A stretch of DNA of 64,000 nt from a phage: sequence record PZ452610.1; one strand, 5' to 3'. Below the pieces are notes generated by a model. The model saw only the letters and a list, made by a program, of their open reading frames with translations. It was not told the origin of the DNA and did no database searches. The position numbers were made by a program, and so were the translations under genes. How positions within the stretch are numbered: the first letter of the stretch is position 1; each line of letters starts with the position of its first letter. Shown here in pieces: positions 1-10,338 of this stretch.

Positions 1-319
1 TTTTTTCGATCAGGTTATCTGCTGTAATGCGTCCATTTTGATACCATGTAACATCTTCAGAGTAACCAGTTTCTTCGTCAACATATGTTTCTGAACGAAT
101 TTTACCGGTAATAATAGTTTTTAATTCGTATGTGTCACCTGTGAAAAAGTTTGCTAACACAATTTTCCAAGAGAAATCATTTGAAGGACCTTCAGGGGTC
201 ATACAACTTACGAACTCAAATTGCTCTTTGTATAACATCCACTGGAATTCTTTAATTTCGATAGCTTTATAACCGTCGTGGTCTTTACATTTGATGTATG
301 AGTTCAGATTGATTTTCAT
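1..319 (-). CDS. hypothetical protein, N-terminal part (gene continues past window start)
   Basis: ATG at 317-319 (-), open frame to position 1 (MKINLNSYIKCKDHDGYK...); early promoter 361-389 directly upstream; not in ORF track because no stop inside window. Confidence 0.45.
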   Translation of the reverse strand, partial: MKINLNSYIKCKDHDGYKAIEIKEFQWMLYKEQFEFVSCMTPEGPSNDFSWKIVLANFFTGDTYELKTIITGKIRSETYVDEETGYSEDVTWYQNGRITADNLIEK

Positions 320-360
320 TTTATTCTCCGGTTGTTTTATTGATTAGGTGGTACAAGTCT

Positions 361-389
361 ATAGTAACACATCCTACAGGAGAGTAAAC
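361..389 (-). promoter_or_regulatory. T4-type early promoter
   Basis: minus strand GTTTAC -35 (plus 384-389), 17 bp, TACTAT -10 (plus 361-366); upstream of CDS start 319. Confidence 0.5.
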
Positions 390-425
390 ATCTTTTTAAT
401 CTTTTTCTGCCCTAAACGCACAAAA

Positions 426-443
426 GGGAGACCGAAGTCTCCC
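426..443 (-). terminator. intrinsic terminator, UUCG-loop hairpin
   Basis: GGGAGAC-UUCG-GUCUCCC on minus strand followed by UUUUGUG; 5 nt after stop of 449-628. Confidence 0.65.
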
Positions 444-448
444 TAAAA

Positions 449-628
449 TTATGCAACAACCTTTCCAAAACGAGAAGCATCATCTCGAAGAACTGCACGT
501 GCTCTGCGCATGATCTTCTCAACTGTTTGATTAATACGAGAGTTCGACCCACGCTTGTATCCAGCGCGTTTAGAGGTACCATCAACTTTCTTTTCAACTG
601 CTTTCTTTGCTTTAGCTTGTTTTGCCAT
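449..628 (-). CDS. small basic protein, 59 aa (MAKQAKAKKAVEKK...)
   Basis: ATG 626-628 (-), TAA at 449-451, followed immediately by UUCG hairpin terminator; Lys/Arg-rich; replaces different-frame track ORF 412-597. Confidence 0.4.
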   Translation of the reverse strand: MAKQAKAKKAVEKKVDGTSKRAGYKRGSNSRINQTVEKIMRRARAVLRDDASRFGKVVA

Positions 629-896
629 TATAAATTCTCTTTAAATGAAAATGCAGGACTTATTGACATTGCCTGCGCAAGCCCTCAAGGGGAACATAGG
701 TTTTGGATATTTAACGACAGGATAACCATAAACCCGTCATCATACCAACCACGACTTAGACAGATAACCTTTTTCTGACGCGTGATAGTACAAAATACAT
801 TCAAGAGGTACACCGTAAAATTGTCGGGGCGGTACTTCTAAAACATACCGATTCGCAAATCGATAATCAGACAATTCGACGGCTCCTCGATTTAAC

Positions 897-1145
897 TTAC
901 TTCAGGGTAATAATAAAATGACGTACTGCTTTACGAGCTGCTGAAGCCAGAGGCTTAGCATATTTCAGTTCATCTTTTGCTTCCAGTTCAGCAGCCAGAG
1001 TAGCCTGAGCAGGATTCAGATGTTTGAAATATCGCAGGATTTCCAGTGCTTCGGCTTCAACATCAATTGAAGCGCCGTAGTTTTCGTGACCGTTATTCCA
1101 TGCGTTGCGTTGCAGTTCAAGAGCGTGTTGTAATTGTTTAATCAT
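897..1145 (-). CDS. rIII: rIII lysis-inhibition accessory protein
   Basis: 82 aa, near-identical to remembered T4 rIII (MIKQLQHALELQRNAWNNGHENYGASIDVEAEALEILRYF...); position next to gene 31. Confidence 0.8.
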   Translation of the reverse strand: MIKQLQHALELQRNAWNNGHENYGASIDVEAEALEILRYFKHLNPAQATLAAELEAKDELKYAKPLASAARKAVRHFIITLK

Positions 1146-1261
1146 TTTAAATTCTCAATTCGAGATAATATTTAGTAGCCACGTTCGTCTGAATTTCACC
1201 TTCTTTCGACAGGTCTCTCAGTTGTAGGCTACCGCTTAGAAGAGTGTTCTCTTCATATAGT

Positions 1262-1269
1262 TATTTATA
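1262..1269 (-). promoter_or_regulatory. T4 late promoter (TATAAATA)
   Basis: plus tatttata = TATAAATA on minus strand, directly after gene 31 stop, upstream of rIII. Confidence 0.4.
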
Positions 1270-1602
1270 TCACTTATAAAGACACGGAATAGCTTTATAG
1301 TGGCATGTTACGAATTTCTGTTTAATTTCTTTAGGTTGTTTAAGTCCCAAAGCCACAAATGGATGTGGAACATTTCGAATTTGTCCAACTGGTAGTGGAG
1401 TCAAATCACCGACTTCAACAAAACCTTCAGGAACATCAGGACCTACAGAATGAACTACACATAGTTCAGGAACTTCACCTTGAACACGTTTACCGATCAC
1501 AAGTCCTGATTCGGTAACTTCTTCATCACCTGCTTGAGCGGGTTCAGAAACCAGAATGACATATTCACCAACAGCACGAATTGGGAGTTGTACTTCAGAC
1601 AT
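1270..1602 (-). CDS. 31: gp31 co-chaperonin (GroES analogue for capsid folding)
   Basis: 110 aa; [34 protein letters not shown]... matches T4 gp31 almost residue for residue. Confidence 0.9.
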   Translation of the reverse strand: MSEVQLPIRAVGEYVILVSEPAQAGDEEVTESGLVIGKRVQGEVPELCVVHSVGPDVPEGFVEVGDLTPLPVGQIRNVPHPFVALGLKQPKEIKQKFVTCHYKAIPCLYK

Positions 1603-1659
1603 CTTATTTCCTTGTTGTTTGACGATAGATTAATAATACCATACTATTCGTAAAGCATA

Positions 1660-1968
1660 TTACATAAGAAGCAAACGTTCTACCGGAGTACCATCAACCG
1701 AAATTACTTTATCAAGGCGGAAAGAACGCCACTGGCCTAACTTGGTATCGAATGCTCGAACTGATTCACGAGGTTCAGAACGAACTTCTGTTGCCGGATT
1801 GTTATTTTCATATTTGACTTCAAGTTCATCACGCGAAGCAAACATAGTGCGTACCTCGCCGTTAGCCTTTTCAAATACAACACAATGAACGCCTACAGAC
1901 AGAATAGTTTTAATACGTTCACGAAGAACCATAGTTTCTTGTTCAGTTAAAATCATATTATTCACCAC
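1660..1968 (-). CDS. hypothetical protein
   Basis: 102 aa ORF between 31 and cd, co-directional, overlaps cd by 11 nt. Confidence 0.5.
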   Translation of the reverse strand: MVNNMILTEQETMVLRERIKTILSVGVHCVVFEKANGEVRTMFASRDELEVKYENNNPATEVRSEPRESVRAFDTKLGQWRSFRLDKVISVDGTPVERLLLM

Positions 1969-2539
1969 AAAAGTTTCGGATTTGTTCCCAATTCAGAGAA
2001 CGAAGATTATTACGAGAGTACTGAATTACTTCAATACCGGCTTGTTTTAGAATGTCTGCCCAATTTTCAGGAGATCTGTCATATAATTCTGCGTATACAA
2101 CCTTTTTAATACCTGACTGTGTAATAGCTTTAGTGCAATCAGGACATGGAGAAAGTGTCGTATACAACGTAGCACCTTCAATAGAATTACCTTTACGAGC
2201 TGCAAACAAAATTGCATTCAGTTCCGCATGGATTTCGTTATTAGCGGACCATGCACTATGAGCAGCCCGATGTTCTTTAGCCAAAACAAAATTATCCACC
2301 CGTCCAAATGCTGTAGTGCCTTCTTTATGCCCAGCAACGATGACCGGGCTTGGTTTATTCTTCAACCAACCGTTTTCGGATGCATGTTCACAACAGTTAA
2401 CACCACCGGCCGGGCTACCGTTATACCCAGTAGAGATAATGCGTCCATCTTTTTCAATGACGGCACCAACTTTCCATGAACAACATTTTGATTCTTGAGA
2501 AATCAAATAAGCAATTTGAAGATATGTGCTAGCTTTCAT
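1958..2539 (-). CDS. cd: dCMP deaminase
   Basis: 193 aa; cytidine/dCMP deaminase zinc motifs (CCEH... SPCPDC); T4 cd position. Confidence 0.9.
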   Translation of the reverse strand: MKASTYLQIAYLISQESKCCSWKVGAVIEKDGRIISTGYNGSPAGGVNCCEHASENGWLKNKPSPVIVAGHKEGTTAFGRVDNFVLAKEHRAAHSAWSANNEIHAELNAILFAARKGNSIEGATLYTTLSPCPDCTKAITQSGIKKVVYAELYDRSPENWADILKQAGIEVIQYSRNNLRSLNWEQIRNFCGE

Positions 2540-3531
2540 TATTGAACCTTATTAATATAAGTTAACAGCTCTTTAGTTTGTTCCCAACTGATGCACGCAT
2601 CGGTAACGGAAACGCCATAGGACATATTATCAGAAATTTTTTGATTTCCTTCATGTAGGAATGATTCTATCATAATTCCTTTGACCAAATCATTAGCTGC
2701 TAAATTTTTACCAATACCAATTTGATTGCTATAATGCCCATCAGCGTTTGCATGGCTACAGTCAACCATTACATAATGATTCAGACCTACTGCCCTTGCT
2801 TTGTTAGAAGCTTCTTGAATATCAGAAGAATGATAGTTCGGGCCGTTGGTCCCGCCACGCAATACGATATGCGTATTCTGATTACCTTCAGCTTCAACAA
2901 TGCCTACAGTACCATCGACGTCCATACCCATATACCGATGAGGCCAGGCGGCACTATACATCGCGTCTGTAGCTACTTTAATAGAACCATTGGTTGCGTT
3001 CTTGAAGCCTACGCACATCGGTAGACCTGAAGCAATTTCACGATGTGTCTGACTTTCAGTCGTACGGGCGCCAATAGCAACCCATGAGAAAATACCAGAA
3101 AGATACTTAATCGTGAATGGGTCTAATACTTCAGTTGCTAATGGAAGTCCCATACGTAGAAGTTTACGACACAATGTTCGTGCAACTATAAGACCGTGGT
3201 TCATATCAAAACTTCCGTCAAGATATGGATCATTTACAAGACCTTTCCAACCTACGGTAGTTCGAGGCTTTTCAAAATAAACGCGCATCACTAACAGAAC
3301 ATTAGGAAGACGAGTTTGAAGTTCAGCCAGACGTTTGCCGTATTCAACAGCAGCAATAGGGTCATGAATTGAACAAGGACCTACAACAATAAGTTTGCGT
3401 GGGTCTTCACCGTTCATAATCGAATTAACTTGTTCGCGATGAGAAGCCACTTGTGATGCGTAAGCTTCCGACAAAGGAATAATCTCAGCCAGTTCTTTTG
3501 GAGAAATAAGTTTTCCGACGACAGGTAACAT
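2539..3531 (-). CDS. 3-deoxy-D-arabino-heptulosonate-7-phosphate (DAHP) synthase, AroG/AroF class
   Basis: 330 aa; LIVVGPCSIHDP, YFEKPRTTVGWKGLVNDP, IGARTTESQTHRE, GFKNATNGSIKVA align along whole length with E. coli AroG; stop overlaps cd start (TAATG). Confidence 0.9.
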   Translation of the reverse strand: MLPVVGKLISPKELAEIIPLSEAYASQVASHREQVNSIMNGEDPRKLIVVGPCSIHDPIAAVEYGKRLAELQTRLPNVLLVMRVYFEKPRTTVGWKGLVNDPYLDGSFDMNHGLIVARTLCRKLLRMGLPLATEVLDPFTIKYLSGIFSWVAIGARTTESQTHREIASGLPMCVGFKNATNGSIKVATDAMYSAAWPHRYMGMDVDGTVGIVEAEGNQNTHIVLRGGTNGPNYHSSDIQEASNKARAVGLNHYVMVDCSHANADGHYSNQIGIGKNLAANDLVKGIMIESFLHEGNQKISDNMSYGVSVTDACISWEQTKELLTYINKVQ

Positions 3532-3651
3532 AACAATCCTTAGGAGATATAAACAGATTCTGATTCAACAATACCTTTAACCGGATTAGACAGGCTAAGT
3601 TGGTAGTGCTCAGATTTATGACCATTCTCGATAGTAATGAGATAGCTCTCA

Positions 3652-3888
3652 TTATAGTGTTCCATATACTCGAGTTGCTTCAACAAGACCATCACTGCCT
3701 AATTTAAGATTAGTAATTTGGTCACCATCTTTAGGATTAACGATTATGAGAAAAGAACGTGGAGATTCTTGAATAACTCGTAATGTTGCATCTTGGAAAC
3801 GTTCAGACACTTTATTGATGAGTGCTTGAGCAAATTCTTTTACTTTAATCTGAAATTCGTGTACTGTAATTGGGTTTTCACTTAGCAT
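3652..3888 (-). CDS. hypothetical protein
   Basis: 78 aa ORF with own early promoter at 3917-3946. Confidence 0.55.
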   Translation of the reverse strand: MLSENPITVHEFQIKVKEFAQALINKVSERFQDATLRVIQESPRSFLIIVNPKDGDQITNLKLGSDGLVEATRVYGTL

Positions 3889-3916
3889 TTCTATTTCCTC
3901 ATTTGTTGGTAGAGTT

Positions 3917-3946
3917 ATAGTATCACAACTCCACCATGTTGTAAAC
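3917..3946 (-). promoter_or_regulatory. T4-type early promoter
   Basis: GTTTAC -35, 18 bp, TACTAT -10; upstream of start 3888. Confidence 0.5.
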
Positions 3947-3948
3947 CA

Positions 3949-4224
3949 TTAAATTGCTTTGCATTCAATTTTTTGTGTACCGAAATTGATATCACACTGG
4001 ATAACTAAATCGCCGTCAAGATCAAATACCACTATGACGTGTGCAGACCCAGGGAGAAGAGTAATAGCAATAGAATCTACTTGGTCTGGGAGCAAAGCAT
4101 TGAGTACATGAGTTAGTTGAGCATGAACTCTGAGTTCGGCTGCATTATCAAGCACTTCAAACATATTATTAGCAATAATCTGACTGAAGACTACCTTTAC
4201 AATTTCAGAATAAGTTGGGAACAT
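3949..4224 (-). CDS. hypothetical protein
   Basis: 91 aa co-directional ORF in cd-pseT interval. Confidence 0.5.
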   Translation of the reverse strand: MFPTYSEIVKVVFSQIIANNMFEVLDNAAELRVHAQLTHVLNALLPDQVDSIAITLLPGSAHVIVVFDLDGDLVIQCDINFGTQKIECKAI

Positions 4225-4231
4225 AATTACC

Positions 4232-4456
4232 TCAGTGTACAGTATTTACTTTAACTCGAACAACAAATCGCTCGGTCGGTTCACCTACAGGAACAAACTC
4301 TACATGATATTCACCTTTGTAACGAGTATTCAGATCATTACGAATTCCTGCGAGTTTGTTGATTAATGTAGGACTCATATTAAGTCCCACTAGTTTACGA
4401 AGCATTTTGTATGCTTCATCTTCGATTTCATGATGTTTATCGTACATAGTTTTCAT
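4232..4456 (-). CDS. hypothetical protein
   Basis: 74 aa co-directional ORF. Confidence 0.5.
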   Translation of the reverse strand: MKTMYDKHHEIEDEAYKMLRKLVGLNMSPTLINKLAGIRNDLNTRYKGEYHVEFVPVGEPTERFVVRVKVNTVH

Positions 4457-4627
4457 TTAACCATTCAATTGCCTGGTCGACGTTATCAAATATACCGCCG
4501 TCCAAACGTTCTTCATGCTCATAGTCCAGCACATCAATACCGAACTGTCCATTTACTAAAGGCCAGGCTACAAACAAATATTCTTTATGCTGTTCGATGG
4601 CCTCAATCACTTCATATAATCGTTTCA

Positions 4628-4628
<1 letters not shown>
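4437..4628 (-). CDS. hypothetical protein
   Basis: 63 aa ORF, stop overlaps pseT start. Confidence 0.5.
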
Positions 4629-5692
<1,064 letters not shown>

Positions 5693-5715
<23 letters not shown>

Positions 5716-6016
5716 TATTTATTCCTAAGAAAGTTTCAAGAATACGAATGTTATGCTCGCGCCGGTCTTTATTAATTTCAGCAACGTTTTTATTAATTGA
5801 CGTACTTCTAACGTTTGAAGAAATAAATTTAATCATATGACTTTTGAGTTGTTGCAAATCCAACCCTTTTTCTTTAGCAGCTTTACGAAGAGCTTTACCT
5901 GCTTCATCTAGGGCCTTTGCCGCATCTTTGTCATAATTGACAAGTGACGACGTTCCACGACAGATATCAATATACTCATCAGACCGTTTGATGTAATTCT
6001 CTAGTAATGTTTTCAT
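5693..6016 (-). CDS. hypothetical protein
   Basis: 107 aa ORF with early promoter 6045-6074. Confidence 0.55.
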
Positions 6017-6044
6017 TTAGATTTCCTCAATTATCCATAGGAGC

Positions 6045-6074
6045 ATTATACTCTGCTCCCGAGAGTTTGTAAAC
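6045..6074 (-). promoter_or_regulatory. T4-type early promoter
   Basis: GTTTAC -35, 18 bp, TATAAT -10; upstream of start 6016. Confidence 0.55.
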
Positions 6075-6298
6075 TATTTTACTAAAGATTCAATATACTC
6101 ATGAAGAGCTTTAGTCGCTACTGCCCACTTATTCTGATATTCATTTTTCAGATTAGCACGAGACTGAACTAACAAGCGGTCATTAGTCGGAGGCAAAGAT
6201 TCTAATCGTTGAATCTGGCGCCCATAAATCATAGCCGCCATTTCAGATTCATAGATAAGCCCTTTAATGTATTCATGCTGTTCTTTAGTCATTGGCAT
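6074..6298 (-). CDS. hypothetical protein
   Basis: 74 aa co-directional ORF. Confidence 0.5.
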   Translation of the reverse strand: MPMTKEQHEYIKGLIYESEMAAMIYGRQIQRLESLPPTNDRLLVQSRANLKNEYQNKWAVATKALHEYIESLVK

Positions 6299-6579
6299 TT
6301 TTCCTCTTTTAAACCACTACGATAATAACATAACATAGTCTTCTGGTCATGTATATATCTTTTTACGTCGTTTAACCAGATACGAAATTCTTGAGAGTCT
6401 TCAAATGGCATTCCAACCCATGGATTACCATCAATAACCTTTACTTGCCATTTCTGGTTATATTCAACAATAGATTCAGGCCATGGCGGATGTAAAGTTT
6501 CTTTAGGGCTTAAGGGCACATCCTGGGCACATCCAGCCAAAATGCCAATAGATAATACAACTGCGATTAATTTAATCAT
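6289..6579 (-). CDS. putative lipoprotein
   Basis: 96 aa; signal peptide with lipobox (VVLSIGILAGC). Confidence 0.55.
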   Translation of the reverse strand: MIKLIAVVLSIGILAGCAQDVPLSPKETLHPPWPESIVEYNQKWQVKVIDGNPWVGMPFEDSQEFRIWLNDVKRYIHDQKTMLCYYRSGLKEEKCQ

Positions 6580-6932
6580 TCTGAGAGCTTCCTGAGGTCT
6601 TCTGCAAAGGAATCGAAGGACCTGTTGATTTGTTTTTCGACCAATCCTGGTTTACTTGCCACCACGTTCTTCTTCTTCGAATCCTTACGGAGCTTTTCAT
6701 TTTCGGCCTTAAGTTGGTCAACTAAAACACGGTTCTTATAAGTCATTTCTTCGATTGACTGATATTGAACCTTGAAGTCGTCTAATACTTTAGCATTGTT
6801 TTTAGCGGTCTCTTTGACAGAAGCTAATTCAGTATTCAACGAATCAACTTTGTTGTTTAAGACAACTATTGTTACCGTAGAAACTAGAGCAAAAGCTGCT
6901 ACTATAGCGTAAATCGGATTTACTTTAAGCAT
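6576..6932 (-). CDS. membrane-anchored protein
   Basis: 118 aa; N-terminal hydrophobic helix then charged coiled-coil-like region. Confidence 0.5.
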   Translation of the reverse strand: MLKVNPIYAIVAAFALVSTVTIVVLNNKVDSLNTELASVKETAKNNAKVLDDFKVQYQSIEEMTYKNRVLVDQLKAENEKLRKDSKKKNVVASKPGLVEKQINRSFDSFAEDLRKLSE

Positions 6933-7420
6933 GTTTTAATAATCCCAATGATTTCATCTCGGGATAATCCATTGATAAGAACGGTTTTCAAACCATCGCA
7001 CTGGATTTTGTATGATTCAAACAATACACACAACTCTTCTGCTGTATGATATGGACTTGAGATTCCGAGACGGTTGAATTTGTCGGTAAGAGGGTCGCAA
7101 ATAATGTAGAATTTTATACCTGCGATATGTACGTTTGGTTGACTAATATTAATGAACACATTAGCGTCATATTTAGTCAAATTGTTTTGAAGAAATTCTA
7201 CCATGGCATTAACTGCTTCCGGCATTGCTTCACGTTTCTCTTCGGTGTAACGTGTTGAATATTCCTTTTGCTTTAACTTCTTTTTAGCATTTTTCGCTAG
7301 AGTAGTACGAAGGTCCGTAAGATAACCAACTGCACGGCCTTTCTTAAAGACCCGGATTCCATCTGTAGAATCACCAAATGCTGCCACAACCATATCGTTA
7401 GTAATCAATTGCATATTCAT
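6920..7420 (-). CDS. Alc-like protein (candidate terminator of transcription on C-containing DNA)
   Basis: 166 aa (T4 Alc about 167 aa), located between pseT region and rnlA as T4 alc; identity by position and size only. Confidence 0.4.
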   Translation of the reverse strand: MNMQLITNDMVVAAFGDSTDGIRVFKKGRAVGYLTDLRTTLAKNAKKKLKQKEYSTRYTEEKREAMPEAVNAMVEFLQNNLTKYDANVFINISQPNVHIAGIKFYIICDPLTDKFNRLGISSPYHTAEELCVLFESYKIQCDGLKTVLINGLSRDEIIGIIKTCLK

Positions 7421-7450
7421 AATTTTCTCCTCGTGTTATTGATAAAAGCC

Positions 7451-7480
7451 ATAGTAACACCATCCTTGGTGTTTGTAAAC
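7451..7480 (-). promoter_or_regulatory. T4-type early promoter
   Basis: GTTTAC -35, 18 bp, TACTAT -10; upstream of alc-like start 7420. Confidence 0.5.
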
Positions 7481-7482
7481 CA

Positions 7483-8616
<1,134 letters not shown>

Positions 8617-8633
8617 TCAGTTAGTTTTTTTAA

Positions 8634-8663
8634 ATTGTACCACAATCCTTGTGGTATGTAAAC
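8634..8663 (-). promoter_or_regulatory. T4-type early promoter (rnlA)
   Basis: GTTTAC -35, 18 bp, TACAAT -10; upstream of rnlA start 8607. Confidence 0.5.
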
Positions 8664-9073
8664 TACTTTTTCTTATGTTGGATATTCCAAGGCGGGTTGA
8701 ACTTTTTGATAAAAAGCGGTTCTTCAAGGTCCATTGTTGCGATGGTCATTGAACCAAGTTCGTTGGTGACTGAAAGGTCAAAACATTGGCGGGCCCAGAA
8801 TTCAACCTTTTTGCCTTGCATTAAGGCATCCAAAATCATAAGTGATTTTCTTGAATCTGAAGTCTGGTCTTTTCGATTTATGGCTGTTCGATAGTAGTTA
8901 ATGCGTTTCTTTAAATTCTTGGTTTTACCAATATACACAAGTTCGTCATCTATAGCAATAGCGTATATGACATTTTTCTTATTAGGGACATCAACTGTTT
9001 TAATTGTTGCATCTTCTAATAGCTCCAATTCTGTATATTTAATAAAGGAATATTCGGCGGCAATATCTTTCAT
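8663..9073 (-). CDS. denA: endonuclease II (GIY-YIG type)
   Basis: 136 aa as in T4; VYIGKTKNLKKRINYY GIY-YIG-like motif; position between rnlA and nrdB. Confidence 0.8.
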   Translation of the reverse strand: MKDIAAEYSFIKYTELELLEDATIKTVDVPNKKNVIYAIAIDDELVYIGKTKNLKKRINYYRTAINRKDQTSDSRKSLMILDALMQGKKVEFWARQCFDLSVTNELGSMTIATMDLEEPLFIKKFNPPWNIQHKKK

Positions 9074-9102
9074 AATAAAGTGGGACCGAAGTCCCGTCCT
9101 TA
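9074..9102 (-). promoter_or_regulatory. hairpin-bridged (split) ribosome binding site of denA
   Basis: mRNA reads UAAGGAC-GGGACUUCGGUCCC-ACUUUAUU-AUG: SD AAGGA overlaps nrdB stop, 14-nt UUCG hairpin separates it from denA AUG (23 nt linear, about 9 nt if hairpin forms). Confidence 0.45.
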
Positions 9103-10275
9103 GAAATATTTTTTGTATGAATTGATTACATTTTGGTCTACATCATTATCAATTTGTGCGACAAGATAAGAACTGATTTCAACTTCCTGAGGAGCTGCTT
9201 GAACTAAATCGGAGTTCAGATATTCACGAATCCAAGGATACGGATGCTTGGTCGGAGCATCAGTGATTGGGCATGGCAAACCACACTGTTTCATACGAGA
9301 CACAGTCAAGTAATCAACAAAAGCACACATACTCTGTGTATTGATACCTGGGCATGTACCTTCTTTAAAGAGGTGTGCAGCCCATTCCTTCTCTTGACTA
9401 TTTACTTCCATAAAAATGTCAACTGCTTCTTGTTCACATTCTTTAGCAATTCGAACCCACTCATCGCCATCAGTACCAGATTGAAGTTGACGGATAATGT
9501 ACTGAGTACCCTTGAGGTGGAGTTGTTCGTCACGAGCAATGAACTTCATAATCTTTGCATTACCTTCCATAATTTCCATATTTTTATGGAAGTTGAAAGT
9601 ACATGCAAATGATACGTAAAAACGAATAGCTTCTAAGGCATTGATAACATGCAAACAGAGATAAAGAGACTTCATTAAATCACGCTTGGCGTTAAACATT
9701 ATTTCTTCGTACATCTCAATATCATTCTGCTGGCATGAGCCTATTGAACACTCATAAACTTCCTTAGCATTTTCCCAACGACGAGTCTTGTCTAGAACAT
9801 CATCGTAATATTTACCTATTGATTCGGCTCGTTTCATGATTGCTTCGTCTAATACAATCTCATCAAATACTTTGGATGGATCAGTATAAAGATTTCGCAT
9901 AATATGAGTATATGAACGAGAGTGAATAGTTTCACTGAATGTCCATGTTGCAACCCACGTATCTAATGAAGGGTCGGAAATCAGTGCCATAAGTACCGCA
10001 GATGGGGCCCTGCCTTGGATAGAATCTAATAATGATTGATACTTAAGATTGTTTGTAAAAATGTCCTGTTGGAACTGAGGAAGCTTATTGAACTGTGCAG
10101 AGTCCAACATCAAGTTTACCTCTTCGGGGCGCCAGAAAAATGACAAGGATTTTTCTATAAGTTCTTCAAAAACTTTATGTCGTTGAATATCGTAACGTGC
10201 AAGACCAAGACCGGAACCAAAGAACATCGGTTCGTTCAAAACATCGACTTGTTGTGTATTAAAAACTGTACTCAT
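9100..10275 (-). CDS. nrdB: ribonucleotide reductase small subunit
   Basis: 391 aa; di-iron R2 family, T4 NrdB-like; uninterrupted (no intron). Confidence 0.9.
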   Translation of the reverse strand: MSTVFNTQQVDVLNEPMFFGSGLGLARYDIQRHKVFEELIEKSLSFFWRPEEVNLMLDSAQFNKLPQFQQDIFTNNLKYQSLLDSIQGRAPSAVLMALISDPSLDTWVATWTFSETIHSRSYTHIMRNLYTDPSKVFDEIVLDEAIMKRAESIGKYYDDVLDKTRRWENAKEVYECSIGSCQQNDIEMYEEIMFNAKRDLMKSLYLCLHVINALEAIRFYVSFACTFNFHKNMEIMEGNAKIMKFIARDEQLHLKGTQYIIRQLQSGTDGDEWVRIAKECEQEAVDIFMEVNSQEKEWAAHLFKEGTCPGINTQSMCAFVDYLTVSRMKQCGLPCPITDAPTKHPYPWIREYLNSDLVQAAPQEVEISSYLVAQIDNDVDQNVINSYKKYF

Positions 10276-10313
10276 TATATTTTCTCACTTAGTTATAACT
10301 CATCCATGAGTAA

Positions 10314-10338
10314 ATTATAATCAAAAGTCTTAAAGCTT
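10314..10338 (-). promoter_or_regulatory. candidate MotA-dependent middle promoter (nrdB)
   Basis: minus strand AAGCTTTAA (MotA-box-like) + 11 bp + TATAAT; upstream of nrdB start 10275. Confidence 0.35.

Noticed and set aside
412-597. 61-aa track ORF on the minus strand
   Set aside because: A different frame gives a 59-aa Lys-rich protein (449-628) with an ATG and a stop positioned 5 nt before the terminator hairpin; the track ORF reads through that hairpin and is likely spurious.
2052-2498. Plus-strand ORFs antisense to cd (2052-2261, 2228-2479, 2316-2498), and similar antisense ORFs elsewhere (e.g. 5306-5728, 8021-8545, 37492-37869, 46639-46986, 48805-49290, 53645-53887, 59518-59883)
   Set aside because: They lie entirely inside well-supported minus-strand genes, lack SDs or promoters, and have low-complexity composition; treated as antisense artefacts.
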